A DNA stretch of 61,090 nucleotides, counting the filler, from Sphacelaria rigidula (taxonomy: Eukaryota), in assembly GCA_964200075.2 (NCBI GenBank). It is 6 parts of 6 records of this genome, joined end to end, with 100 filler letters (N's around TTAATTAATTAA, not from the genome) between each part and the next. Parts side by side here need not be neighbours in the genome. Positions count along the whole stretch, not along the records: positions 40,795 to 50,892 come from CAXNAA020007149.1; positions 50,993 to 61,090 come from CAXNAA020007150.1; 4 more parts are not named here. One strand, given 5' to 3'. Below, one piece after another: positions 50,704-61,090 of this stretch. The notes beneath the pieces were generated by a model, which did no database searches, was not told where the DNA came from, and saw only the letters and a program-made list of their open reading frames with translations. Both the position numbers and the translations under genes were made by a program. Every line of letters begins with the position of its first letter. Position 1 is the first letter of the stretch.

Positions 50704-50892
50704 GAATGTAATGATGAGCAAGCGGCAGTATAAAGCAGGAGCACAGTGTGCAGCCCAAGGCACAAGCTTGGCAGACAAGTATACAACCGCCGGCTGTAAT
50801 CACTTGTAAATACTGTATACCGCTATACGTCAGATAAGAGGCAATAACTCACGCAGTAGGTCTTTTAACTTCTCTTGATTATCTTGATTCTA

Positions 50893-50992
50893 NNNNNNNN
50901 NNNNNNNNNNNNNNNNNNNNNNNNNNNNNNNNNNNNTTAATTAATTAANNNNNNNNNNNNNNNNNNNNNNNNNNNNNNNNNNNNNNNNNNNN
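50893..50992. other. artificial linker
   Basis: N44-TTAATTAATTAA-N44. Confidence 0.97.
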
Positions 50993-51354
50993 CCCCCCCC
51001 CCTCCCTCTCTTTCCTTTTTGAAAATATTTATTGCTCCTCCAGTTTCCTTTCAGCGAGCGTATCCGTTTTTCTTTGCTTCGGGTAGGTCTATCTTATGAC
51101 CACTCACGGCTAGATTCCTCCGAGACTCAATCGACGTGCGGCAACCCACCAAGATATACACACAAACATACATTCATGACCAGCCCAAATTTCGAAACAG
51201 ATATTTCTGTTCGAGGCCAAATACCCAACAGTAACAATCGACATCGCATACCAAGAGAGGGGCGCAAACGAACGCACTACGCCGTGGAGCAAAGACAGCA
51301 ATATAAGTGAGAATATTATATATTCAGACAAATATGTGAACATACGCATTAAAG

Positions 51355-51645
51355 GGCTCCGTTGGTAACAACCTCGAATCCTTCTGATGGTTGGGACGTG
51401 CGTTCGAATCCCGGTGAAATCACACGATCTGGGACTTTTTCTTCGCATCATGCTCAACAGTGGAGAACAATTTTCCATGTCATGAGTAAACAATGTTCAA
51501 CTTCACGATCGACGAGGGAAAGGGCACGCCGAACCCTTCTCGTGACAAAAAAACAAGGCGAAGTACCGCAGAAATGAAGGAGGGGACCCAAGGAACACAG
51601 CCAGACTCCTGTGTGCACCCGACTGATGCACTCAAATATACCGCG
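51355..51645 (+). mobile_element. diverged SINE copy
   Basis: gttggtaac...gttcgaatcc...cagtggaga...cgacgagggaaaggg. Confidence 0.75.
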
Positions 51646-52028
51646 TGTGCTTGTTTGTTGTTGTCATTGCTGCTGCTGGTGGTGGTGGTGGTGTTGTTAT
51701 TGTTGTTGTCGCTGCTTCCTTTATTCTTTACTGTCTGAGATCGTTGCTTCCGTATTCTTCTGTTTCTTTCCTTTTTTCTTCTTCTATTACTCTGCGTGTT
51801 TTTTTTTTGCTGCTCCTAACCACGGGCTGGGCTAATGTGAGATGTGTATTCAATCAATCAATATACCACAAGGTGCAGACTGGCGTACAAATTTATATGA
51901 CATGAAATAAAACCACACCCTGGACGAAAGGTTACCCTGTCATAACGTGTACTGCGTACAGTCAGGAATCTATTGCCTCCATTGCGAGAGACGCAATACC
52001 CGATCCTACTGTACGCAGTACACTTTTC

Positions 52029-52806
52029 GACAGGAAGTTCTACATATAGCCGTACGCGTTATGACACTGGACTGTCAAGTAAGAGTGATATATGGGCCCC
52101 ACACGTGGCCAGCTCTTTATTGATCATCGGTTCACACTCACCAAGAAACAGCACGGAAAGTAGGAACCGATTTGAGACAGCTCCGACGGCGAAGGCTCGT
52201 TTCACTGCACGTGGGTTCGCCCTCCCCTTTCGCACACTACACCGGCAAATTCCTACAGTCCGACCGCCCAACACCCAGCTATGGTTCCCGACACATTAGA
52301 TATGTCCGCCCCGGAGAAGATACCTTCTGTGGACGCTCTGCACGAGCTTGTGTAGGAGGCGCGGGGCGCCGTCTCCACCATAAACCCCAAAAAGGTAACT
52401 GCGGTGTTGGGTACCGGGGGGTGAGACCCAACACCGCGATTACCTTTTTGGGATTCATGGTGGAGTCGGCGCCCCGCGCCTCATACATAAGCTCGTGCAG
52501 AGCGTCCACAGAAGGTATCTTCTCCCGGTCGAACGTATCTAACGTGTCGGGAACCATAGCTGGGTGTCAGGCGGTTGGACTGTAGGAGTTTGGAGGTGTA
52601 GGCAAAAGGGGAGGGCGAGCCCACGTGCAGTGAGACGAGCCTTCGCCGTCGGAGCTGTCTCAAATCGGTTTCTACTTTCCGTGCTGTTTCTCGATGAGTA
52701 GGAACCGATGATCGATAAAGAACTGGCTACGTGTGGGGCCCACATATCACTCTTACTTGACAGTCCAATGGCATAACGCGTACGGTTATATGTAAAAACT
52801 CCTGTC
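52029..52806. repeat. long inverted repeat (~385-bp arms, 13-nt loop)
   Basis: 52029-52412 is the reverse complement of 52426-52806 with scattered substitutions; a third partial copy lies at 59028-59171. Confidence 0.95.
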
Positions 52807-52818
52807 AAATGATCCACC

Positions 52819-53379
52819 GTGAACAATAGACTACGCTATCAAAAAGTGTACTGCGTACAGCGTACAGTCACCGCAGACGAATTGCCCATGAACCAACTCA
52901 TGTGCGTCTGCGCAGAAATTCTAGCGACAAGCACGGCAATAAACATCGCGATGGTACTACAACCTTCCATGGCTACCAGCGTCTCCTACGACGATCGTGG
53001 GGACCTCCAGACCCGAGCCCTGCTCGAGGCATCTGTCGATCACATCTGGGCTGCTGGCGGCACCACCCACGGCGGCCTGAGGAAGGTGGGCGACTTCCTC
53101 GTATTTCCAGGCGCGTTTCCCCCACCTCCAACACCGTCATTTCCGCTACCACCAAACCCCCCTCCACTGCCACCTCGACCGCGTTCCTATTCTCATGTGC
53201 CGGTGGACCTGACCGATCCAAAACCCAAATGCACAAAATGTTCTGGATCGGAGCTCTCCGACGCGGCAGAGAGTACACATGGCAGGGCAGACAGGGGCGC
53301 AGCTGGCGCCGCTTCGGCAGAGGAGGAGGATGACAGCGACGAGGAGCGATTGCTTACGCGGATTCACCCCCGCAAGTGA
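52819..53379 (+). CDS. Pro-rich/acidic ORF; possible DIRS gag-like ORF1 or host exon
   Basis: 186-aa open frame with a poly-Pro tract, CTKC and EEEDDSDEE; ends at aa|gtgag, a possible donor; lies just inside the repeat that brackets the DIRS pol. Confidence 0.35.
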   Translation: MNNRLRYQKVYCVQRTVTADELPMNQLMCVCAEILATSTAINIAMVLQPSMATSVSYDDRGDLQTRALLEASVDHIWAAGGTTHGGLRKVGDFLVFPGAFPPPPTPSFPLPPNPPPLPPRPRSYSHVPVDLTDPKPKCTKCSGSELSDAAESTHGRADRGAAGAASAEEEDDSDEERLLTRIHPRK

Positions 53380-54329
53380 GACTATATATTTGCTTTGCAG
53401 CACACACATTCAGTGCAGTACATTCAAGGCCTCCCAGCCGTGGGAAAACGCCCTGCTGTCCCAGAACCAACCACATGCCTAGGCTAAAAGAGCCATATCA
53501 AACTAGAGTCAGGACACTATTCTACTCTGTAATATAGGTTCAGCTCTATTACTCCGCACAATTCGTACCAAACTACAGTAAGTACAATGTTATACTATGA
53601 TGTATGTGTAGCTATACAGGTAGGGTATCCCTCCGCACGCACGTCCAGGTCGTATGCACAACACGCCCACACCGCAGGCCGACAGCCCAAGGTAGCATGG
53701 TGCCCAACCTCTTTATACGGCAACACCACACCCGCACGTCTGTGGTACAGTGTGCTCGATCCACTTTCACTCGCGACGTGGTGCACTCAGCACACACTAC
53801 CCCACACGCATGCCGCTGGATCTCAGTTCTTGCCGTCGCGGTTTTGCCGCACACATGTTCAGCCCCACCTATCCGTACCCTGTTTCATACGTCCCCTTGA
53901 TTGTCCTGCCAGCCGGCAGCTCTTTACTCAGCACACACTGTTCCTTACTCATGCTACCTACCGCCTCAGGAGCTGTCTTGCTTTCCATGAATCTCCCACG
54001 CAGAACCCCATTAGGATCACGATAATTCTTGCCTGTGCATACATCGTTTAGTACAACGCTGGGAGGCGCTCACATTGCTGATTAGTAGGTACTCAACCTC
54101 AGTCACGGTGGGACCCGGCCGCCGGGCCCACCATTCGACGTTCGCAGCGCACAATTGCTACGGTACCACACGCCGTGTGTGTTTTTGGTACAGATGCCTA
54201 CACCGGAGCACTGAGGCGTCGGCCCTGAAACCGCGGCCCGCGACCACATCGCTGTTTCTTCGTTCTCTCTCGCCCCCCCGCCCCCCGCCCCCGGAGAAAA
54301 AAACCCGAACAAAAGCACACATGGGTTCG

Positions 54330-55140
54330 CCGTACAGTACACGGGCAGATGAGGGAGGCACCGTACACGCCCACCCGACTTGCCGTCACTCATGTAGTAC
54401 AGATTTCGGCCAGTACAGCATCGTTTCGGATGCAGCACAGCTCACGTCGACCCGGCCCCTTGTAGATCGTACAGTATATATAGCACAGTACACGCGCCGC
54501 CCAGATAGCACAGATAGGTGCGCCATACAAGTACACGGCAGATGAGGGAGGGGGCACCGTACACGTCCACCTCGCTTACCGTCGCTCATCCAGTACAGTA
54601 TCGATTCGGATGCCGCACAGTTCACGTCCACTCGACCCCTCGTCGCCCGTGCAGTACCTCCAGCACAGTACACGCTCACTCGGCTCGGCCCTTCGCCGCC
54701 GATACAGTACACTTGGGAGCGTAGCACAGTGCCAGTGCCGATGAGACGCGACACCGCACAGATCCTCCCGGCCTTCAACCGCCTGTAGAGTACAGACTAG
54801 GACCGGCACAAGCACACGCCCACCCAGTTCTTCGCCGCCCAAATAGCACGGGTGGGGGCGTAGCACAGTACATGTGCGGATGACGCGATGCACACGCCCG
54901 TACAGCACTTACCGCACAGTACACGCCCACTCAGCTCGGCCCTCCGCCGCCGATACAGTCCACTTGGGTGCGTAGCACAGTACAAGTGCCGCTGAGACGC
55001 GGCACTGCCTAAGCCCACCTGGCCTTCAGCCGCCTGTCGAGTACGGACCGAGACCGGCACAAGCACACGCCCGCCCGATTTTTTGCCGCCCACACAGTAC
55101 AAGTGGGGGCGTAACAGTACACGTGCAGATGGCGCGAAGC
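54330..55140. repeat. complex tandem duplications rich in cagtaca
   Basis: ~200-bp unit (54330/54525) and ~250-bp unit (54660/54910), each present twice. Confidence 0.8.
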
Positions 55141-56749
55141 ACAGCGTAGACTCGCCTGTACCAATGCAGCACCGTAGAGCCCTATGTTATGTCAGAAACC
55201 CTGTAGCTGGAGTACGCCCAACCCTGACCTAATGTAATACATGACGGTCCCACAGCATACACATCGCCCTGTTCAGATGTTCTTTGTACTAGTCCAGTCA
55301 GCCCCTTGCCACGAAGCCCGTGTGACACAGCTCATGCGCAGTACTCAGCATTTGTACACGCGGATCTTGAGCACACCAGCCCATCACATCTGTCAAGTGA
55401 AAGCGAGACCGATATAGCCTGAGAGCCCGACAGCACAACAACAGCCGCCCGACCCCGTTGGCCCGACCTGCCCCATGCTACATCCCCAACAATGTAGTTC
55501 GAACTTAAGCTGAACCAAGCAGCGTCGGATGCACACGATCTTAAGGATGCACGCTTCACGCCCCTCCAGGGCGTCGCGGGTCGACTCGGAACAATGTTCG
55601 ACCATCTCGCTGCGATGGAGCGGTTGGCGACTCCGGCCTGTGCATGTTCTGTATCATAGGTTAACGGGCGAGACATATTTTGTGTACCATTTCAAGGGAT
55701 GGAATAAATATGAATTGATTACTGTTTTGCCGCTCTGTTGCCCCGGTGGCGAGTTCGGCTCGGATATTTGTACCACGCTACCCATGATGGAGCCCTGTTC
55801 GGCGACAGGCTGAATCCACGGCTGTACTGCATGATATCCGAGCGAGAGTTTTACTTTTCCCCACAACACACAAACATTACACACTCTCCTTTCGCAACAC
55901 CACATCCCGCGCAGTTTGTCCTCCGGGATATATTCTACATATGTGCTGGAAATAATACTCAGATGCTGTAACTCAGTCTACAACAATTGACCCCAAAGTG
56001 TCATGTTCAGCCTGAAGATGACATGAGTGCCGGATGATCTGAAAACGTCATCATCCCACATAACGTAGCCTAGGTACGCCGCCTACAACTCTTTGAACCT
56101 CGCTTTCACTCGTGGCTTGGACACTGGTACGCAGTGGGATACGTGGAAGCGTTCGCTTTGACAAAAGTAACAACAATAATGTGAATCCCAGCTATGCGAA
56201 CCCAACATGCCTTTAGTTCTGTCCAGAACCAGACCAACAGGTCCTGTCCATAGGAAACTTCTAGTCACGAGGAATGTTCCTCGACTGTCGGCTAGTCCGA
56301 TCCCAAAGATCTCGAACTGTCTGCCTGTGTGCCTTGGAAGCCACGGAGCTACGAGTACGCTCCAGGCTTGAAGCCAACACACACAACACCACCAAGCTTC
56401 CCTTCTGTGAGCTTGACTGTACACCACACCCCAAGCGTATTCTGTGAGCTTGACTGGTTTGTGGTCTGTCTGTCATCCGAGACAAAGTGCGAGTCATCGC
56501 TGCTCGCCCCCCGTCTCTCACTCAACATCTAATAATAAGAAGAACAGTGACATTTCTGTTGGGTCCAAAATATATCCATACATACACGACACGTTCCGTC
56601 CAATAATTTTGTATTTGATTGTATGCTATACGCGTCTACAGGACCAACCAGGCCTGATCGCTTTTCTGGCAGAAAAATCCAGACGAACGAACGCGGTGCA
56701 TATATATATTCGTACGGACCAAACGGGTGTACAAGGAAATCGAGCTTCA

Positions 56750-58640
56750 GCACACAGCGAGTGCATGATCCAGGATCCCTCTGCGAAACAGATCAAGGAA
56801 GACTGGGAATCAGGAGAGCCACCCCAAGCCCCACGACATCCGAGCACGGTGGGCCCGTTCTGGAAAGATGTTATTTTGAAGGACCACATGCAACCCGACT
56901 TGTTATTGTCGTGGATTAACGGTGTAGACGTACACACACTCGTTGACACATCAACGACATGACGTTTCCAAGAACGCTCCTTTCACGCCGCCGACTTGAC
57001 GGGTGTGGAGTTACCGAACCACGTGAATCCACAACACGAACTGCTTCTCGACTGCGAGATCAGGAGACTTGTCGATAAAGGCTGCGCGGTACGATGGGCG
57101 GAAACAGCAGACGTTCACGCGCAACCCAAGCCACGCATGTCTCTCCTGCTCGGAGTAGAACCGTCGAAACCACGCTCAATATGGGACGACCGTTGGCTGC
57201 ACCTCATGTGCAAGGATATGCTCCGTTCATCTTGAACGGGGCAGAAAAGGTGGCCCAGTGCTCGTGGCAAGGTGCTTACCAGGTTACGATGGACCACAGA
57301 TCAGGTTTTCACCATATGCCCCTCGACCTCACATCATGGGAATACTTCGGTTTTGAGTGGAAGGGCGAATATTACGCCTGGACTGTCTTCTGTTTCGGTT
57401 GGCGCAGTTCCCCCTATATCCACCACACACTGAGCGAAGCGGTTGCACAATACCTACGACCCCCGACAAGTACCAGTACTGGCGTCGATCGACGATTTCT
57501 GGCTAACGGGAGTCCGCTCGACAAAACATGACCCACCTAACACGCAGAAACAGGCAGCAAGCTCAGCAGCCCTCCTGGCGCTGTCCGTCTTCCATCATTG
57601 TGGATACTTCGTGTACATCTCCAAATGCGAGCTACAATAGAACCCACTACGAAAATTGTGTTCTTGGGAATTCTGTGCGACAGAGACAACTGCCGGTTTG
57701 CAGTCCCCCAAGATAAGCTCGTCAAGTTAGAGCGCATCTCAGACGATGCCCTTGCTACCGGATTCATCACGTTCACCATGCTTCAGAAGCTGGCGGGAAA
57801 GTGAACGAGCATGTCGGTTGCAGTACCAGCCGCCAGTTTGTACACATTCCACATGTACAAACAGATCGCGATATACAGAAAGACGGGAGGAAAACATATC
57901 ACAGCAACGGTAGAGCTCTCTGTAAATGGTGGTCTTCGGAACGAGAGTCTCATGGCGGGAACTCCGAGACAAGATGAATGGGGCGGCATGGTGCAGCCCT
58001 AGTTACCACATCATCGCCATAAACAGTGCGACAGACGCCTCCTCACTTGCATGGGGGGGAATTGTTCGAGGCCCCTCCGGCGTCGCCTTCACAGCGGCTG
58101 CCGCCTTTCCCGCTGAATGGGTGACAGCGCACATCAATGTCAAGGAAACGTTCGCACTGCAAGAGGTCCTGAGACTGTTCTGCTTAAAGCAAGCTGATCA
58201 AGTGGCGAGGACTACCCTGTCCATAGATGTCGACAACAAAACCATATACCATGCCTTCAGGAAAAGTAAAGCCAGGGACGAACGCATGCACACACTCATC
58301 CGACAGCTCTTCTGGATGCAAGTCAGACAAGACTTTACACTCATGTGTCGATGGGTAGACTCGAAGACGAACTCAGAGGCAGGCAGCTTCTCAAGACCAG
58401 GCGCCAACGAGCACGTGAGGCTGAGTACAAAATATTCTGACCAGTTATGGTTTGAGTGGGGCGGGTTCGACATGGACCTGATGGCATCCACAGCATCAGC
58501 CCAGAAGATTCCAAGGAATGCACCGGGTGAAGGAACAGTTCTGCCCTTGTACTCGAGATACCATACAGCAGGATCACCAGGGTAGTCGACGTTCTTAGCT
58601 ACGACGTTAGCGAGCGGCTCATCATGTCGGACGCAGAAAC
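56750..58640 (+). pseudogene. DIRS-order (tyrosine-recombinase) retrotransposon pol: RT-RNaseH-methyltransferase-like, decayed
   Basis: KPRSIWD, MDHRSGFHH, FGWRSSP, SIDDF, FLGI (RT); TDASSLAWG, HINVKE, VDN, WVDSKTN..A..FSR (RNase H); FDMDLMAS...LYSRY..GSPG (MT-like); multiple stops and frameshifts. Confidence 0.9.
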
Positions 58641-58960
58641 GCTTCGGGTTTTGATATATGAGATGGACGGAATTGGTAGCTCCCGGAACAGTCGGAAACC
58701 GAATGATCGAAGGCGTCTCAAAAGCGCAGTACAGAGATATGATGAACGAGTTCCCAAAACAGGAACAGAGTAAGTCTTGGCCAGCCTTCGGGAAACAACC
58801 CATGTACACATAGACACACGAGCAGGTGCGACAAGAACATCGAGGACCGTACCCGAGAGAGCAAGGGATGAACTGAGTCACCGAACGATTGAGCAAACAA
58901 GAGTAGCGAAAATCGATATAACCAACTCGGACGAGTACGGGTGGAATGGATATACCAGAT

Positions 58961-59421
58961 GCGGCTGGTGCACCCACAGATTTATCCCATACTGATTGAC
59001 GAGAATAGTGAGCATGAAGATACACTAGGATCATTTGACAGGAAGTTCTACATATAGCCGTAGTCGTTGGGACTGTCAAGTATGTGGGCCCCACACATAG
59101 CCAGTTCTTTATTGATCGTCGGTTCCTACTCACCGAAAAACAGCACGGAAAGTAGGAACCAATTTGAGACACCACCCGCCCACCCAAGCGCAGGTATGCA
59201 GAGACAGACACTGAATAGTGATGTATCTTCCCGCAAACTCTTTCTTTCCACGTGAGAGAGACCCGAGTGTTGTTGAGACCAAGGGAGAAAGCACTTGGGT
59301 TACATCTCCACACGCGGAAGTGGACACACCAGCCAACGCGGCTGGTGTACCCACAGATAGATTCATAGATCCATCCCATACTAATTGACGAGAAGGGTGG
59401 GCATGAAGATACACTAGGATA
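58961..59421. repeat. DIRS right-end repeats
   Basis: direct repeat 58961-59032 / 59338-59421 flanks a partial copy (59028-59171) of the 52-kb foldback arm. Confidence 0.8.
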
Positions 59422-61090
59422 GACTAGTGCATTTCATACTGTACGTAGCGCACGTTGGACAATGTGATATCCGGTTCAGGGTGTGGAACATACACACACA
59501 CACACTCACACACACAAAGGGAAAGCATGCACACGCATCGCTCACATGCGCGCACGGAACAGACGCGACAACGTACCTCCCAACGCTCCTGATGCGCTGG
59601 ATACACCGTCGGCAGCCACCTCCAGCGACGCCAAACCAGAACAGGACGCGACTCGCGGCAACGCCGACTCCACGCTGGTGACTCGTTCGTAGATGTTGTC
59701 CATACTCGTCTTATGGCGACCGTGCGCGGGGGAAAAGCGTTGCGCGGTGGGGTTAATGGCGCGCATAGATGAAAGCGGGGTTGGGGTCAGGGTGAGCAGC
59801 GTCCGTCTCACCTCATGACATGCTTCGCACCGTCAGCTAGTCATGTCGTCACGGGGGAATATAAGGACGCGATTAGATAACAAGGCAGGTAAAACACGCG
59901 AAAAACTCGGTACGGTTGAAGTATACCATTGGACACGTACTAGTAATAATAATAATTTATATACTCCGTAGTATATATATATGTATATATATCGAGTGGA
60001 GGGAAGAGCGAGATCATCGCGCCCCGGTGTTGTGTAACATGGGTTCTATCGCCGCTAGGTGTGCTGCTGGTCGGATATTTTCGCCGCGGTACCTCTTGTC
60101 CACCGTTGAAATAGTGAGGACGTATGTGACGACCTACGTGGGGACGTACGTGAGGGTTCATCCCTCAAGACTGCGGACTCATCCCTAGGAAAGGAGGGGT
60201 TTAATCGTGTAAAGAAATATTTATATTCACTCATTTGGTTTCACGAACACCACGGATGGATTCGCAACGGATGAGGTGGATGTGCAACGATCAGTCCGAT
60301 GAATCCATTCGTGGATCGCATTTATCAAATAAATTAAAATCAACGATACAGTAGTCATACTACAAGTTATCTCGCCAGAAACACTGCACGAGTGAGTCAT
60401 CATCCGTCCATCACCATCTCCCCCTCACGTCATCCGCGATGCCCATTTAAAAAGGGGCGATTTTCACACGAAAACGTGTGCACGACAGAAACACTTTTTT
60501 TGGTCCTCCTTCTTCTGTTTCGGCAGTAAAGCACGTGTTTGGCCCAACCGTCCATCATGGTATTTGGATCCTTTCTTATTCATCATTATTTTATGAAAAT
60601 ATAATGTTCTGCAATTTTCATGGAGCACGCGAGCTACTTTCATGTACTTTGGAAACATTCACGTTACTTCGTTAGAATAGACTCTTCCTGTGGTTTGCAT
60701 GACTTATCTCGCCCGACCAGAAACACCCCTGCCAAATCTCCATGATTCGTATGTGGCTTGCCATTGTCCACGACAAGAGAAATACTCGTATTCACCCTCG
60801 AACCCGAGTGTTCTTTAAAAAAAAGCACCGTTGCCAGGGTATCGCATCGAAATGGGGGTGTTTCGCCATCATGGCGTGAAGAGGGACGGGACAAAGACAA
60901 CTGCAAGCACAGAAGTACGTATGTCGACACACCCAGTCCCAAGGATGGGGACATCGGTCGTTGTGCCGCCCGGCAGGTCTAACCTCAACGATTTTTTCTT
61001 CTCGTCACAGTTCAACCCCTCCCCTTCCCCGGGCACGAGTCCGCGCCCTCAAGAAATCGACGCCCCCCCCCCCCCCCCCCCCCCCCCCAC

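Noticed and set aside
51650-51790. Hydrophobic/Cys-rich ORFs
   Set aside because: Products of GTT/GCT/GGT microsatellite and T-rich retroelement tail
58198-59379. 393-aa minus-strand ORF as the DIRS tyrosine recombinase
   Set aside because: No R...HxxR...Y motifs; antisense to RNaseH/MT and runs through terminal repeats

Overview
This is repeat-rich eukaryotic nuclear DNA, most likely from a brown alga (inferred from long GT-AG introns, an EsV-1-7-like repeat remnant and the transposon spectrum). It is not one contiguous locus. It is six blocks of 10,098-10,099 nt joined by identical 100-nt artificial linkers (N44-TTAATTAATTAA-N44), so nothing should be inferred across the joins. Repeat families shared between blocks suggest a single genome. 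Two host genes are supported. (1) The last five exons of a glutamine-hydrolysing asparagine synthetase (+, 20733-28323). (2) A minus-strand terminal exon (32331-31916), missed by the ORF track, encoding an RXL motif, a (KKG)15 polybasic block and an Asp/His/Tyr-rich acidic block. This polyampholyte recalls diatom silaffin/cingulin architecture and is the most interesting signal here. The rest is mainly mobile DNA: an RT-deleted Copia element with both LTRs and a half-tRNA-Met PBS, a decayed DIRS-type RT-RNaseH-MT element next to a ~780-nt foldback, RTE LINE and hAT transposase remnants, about 9 copies of a tRNA-derived SINE, and several MITE families. One MITE family (TGT...ACA ends, telomere-like core) has about 8 copies clustered upstream of the KKG exon. 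Most short ORFs in the supplied track are spurious. All calls were made by eye; no searches were run.
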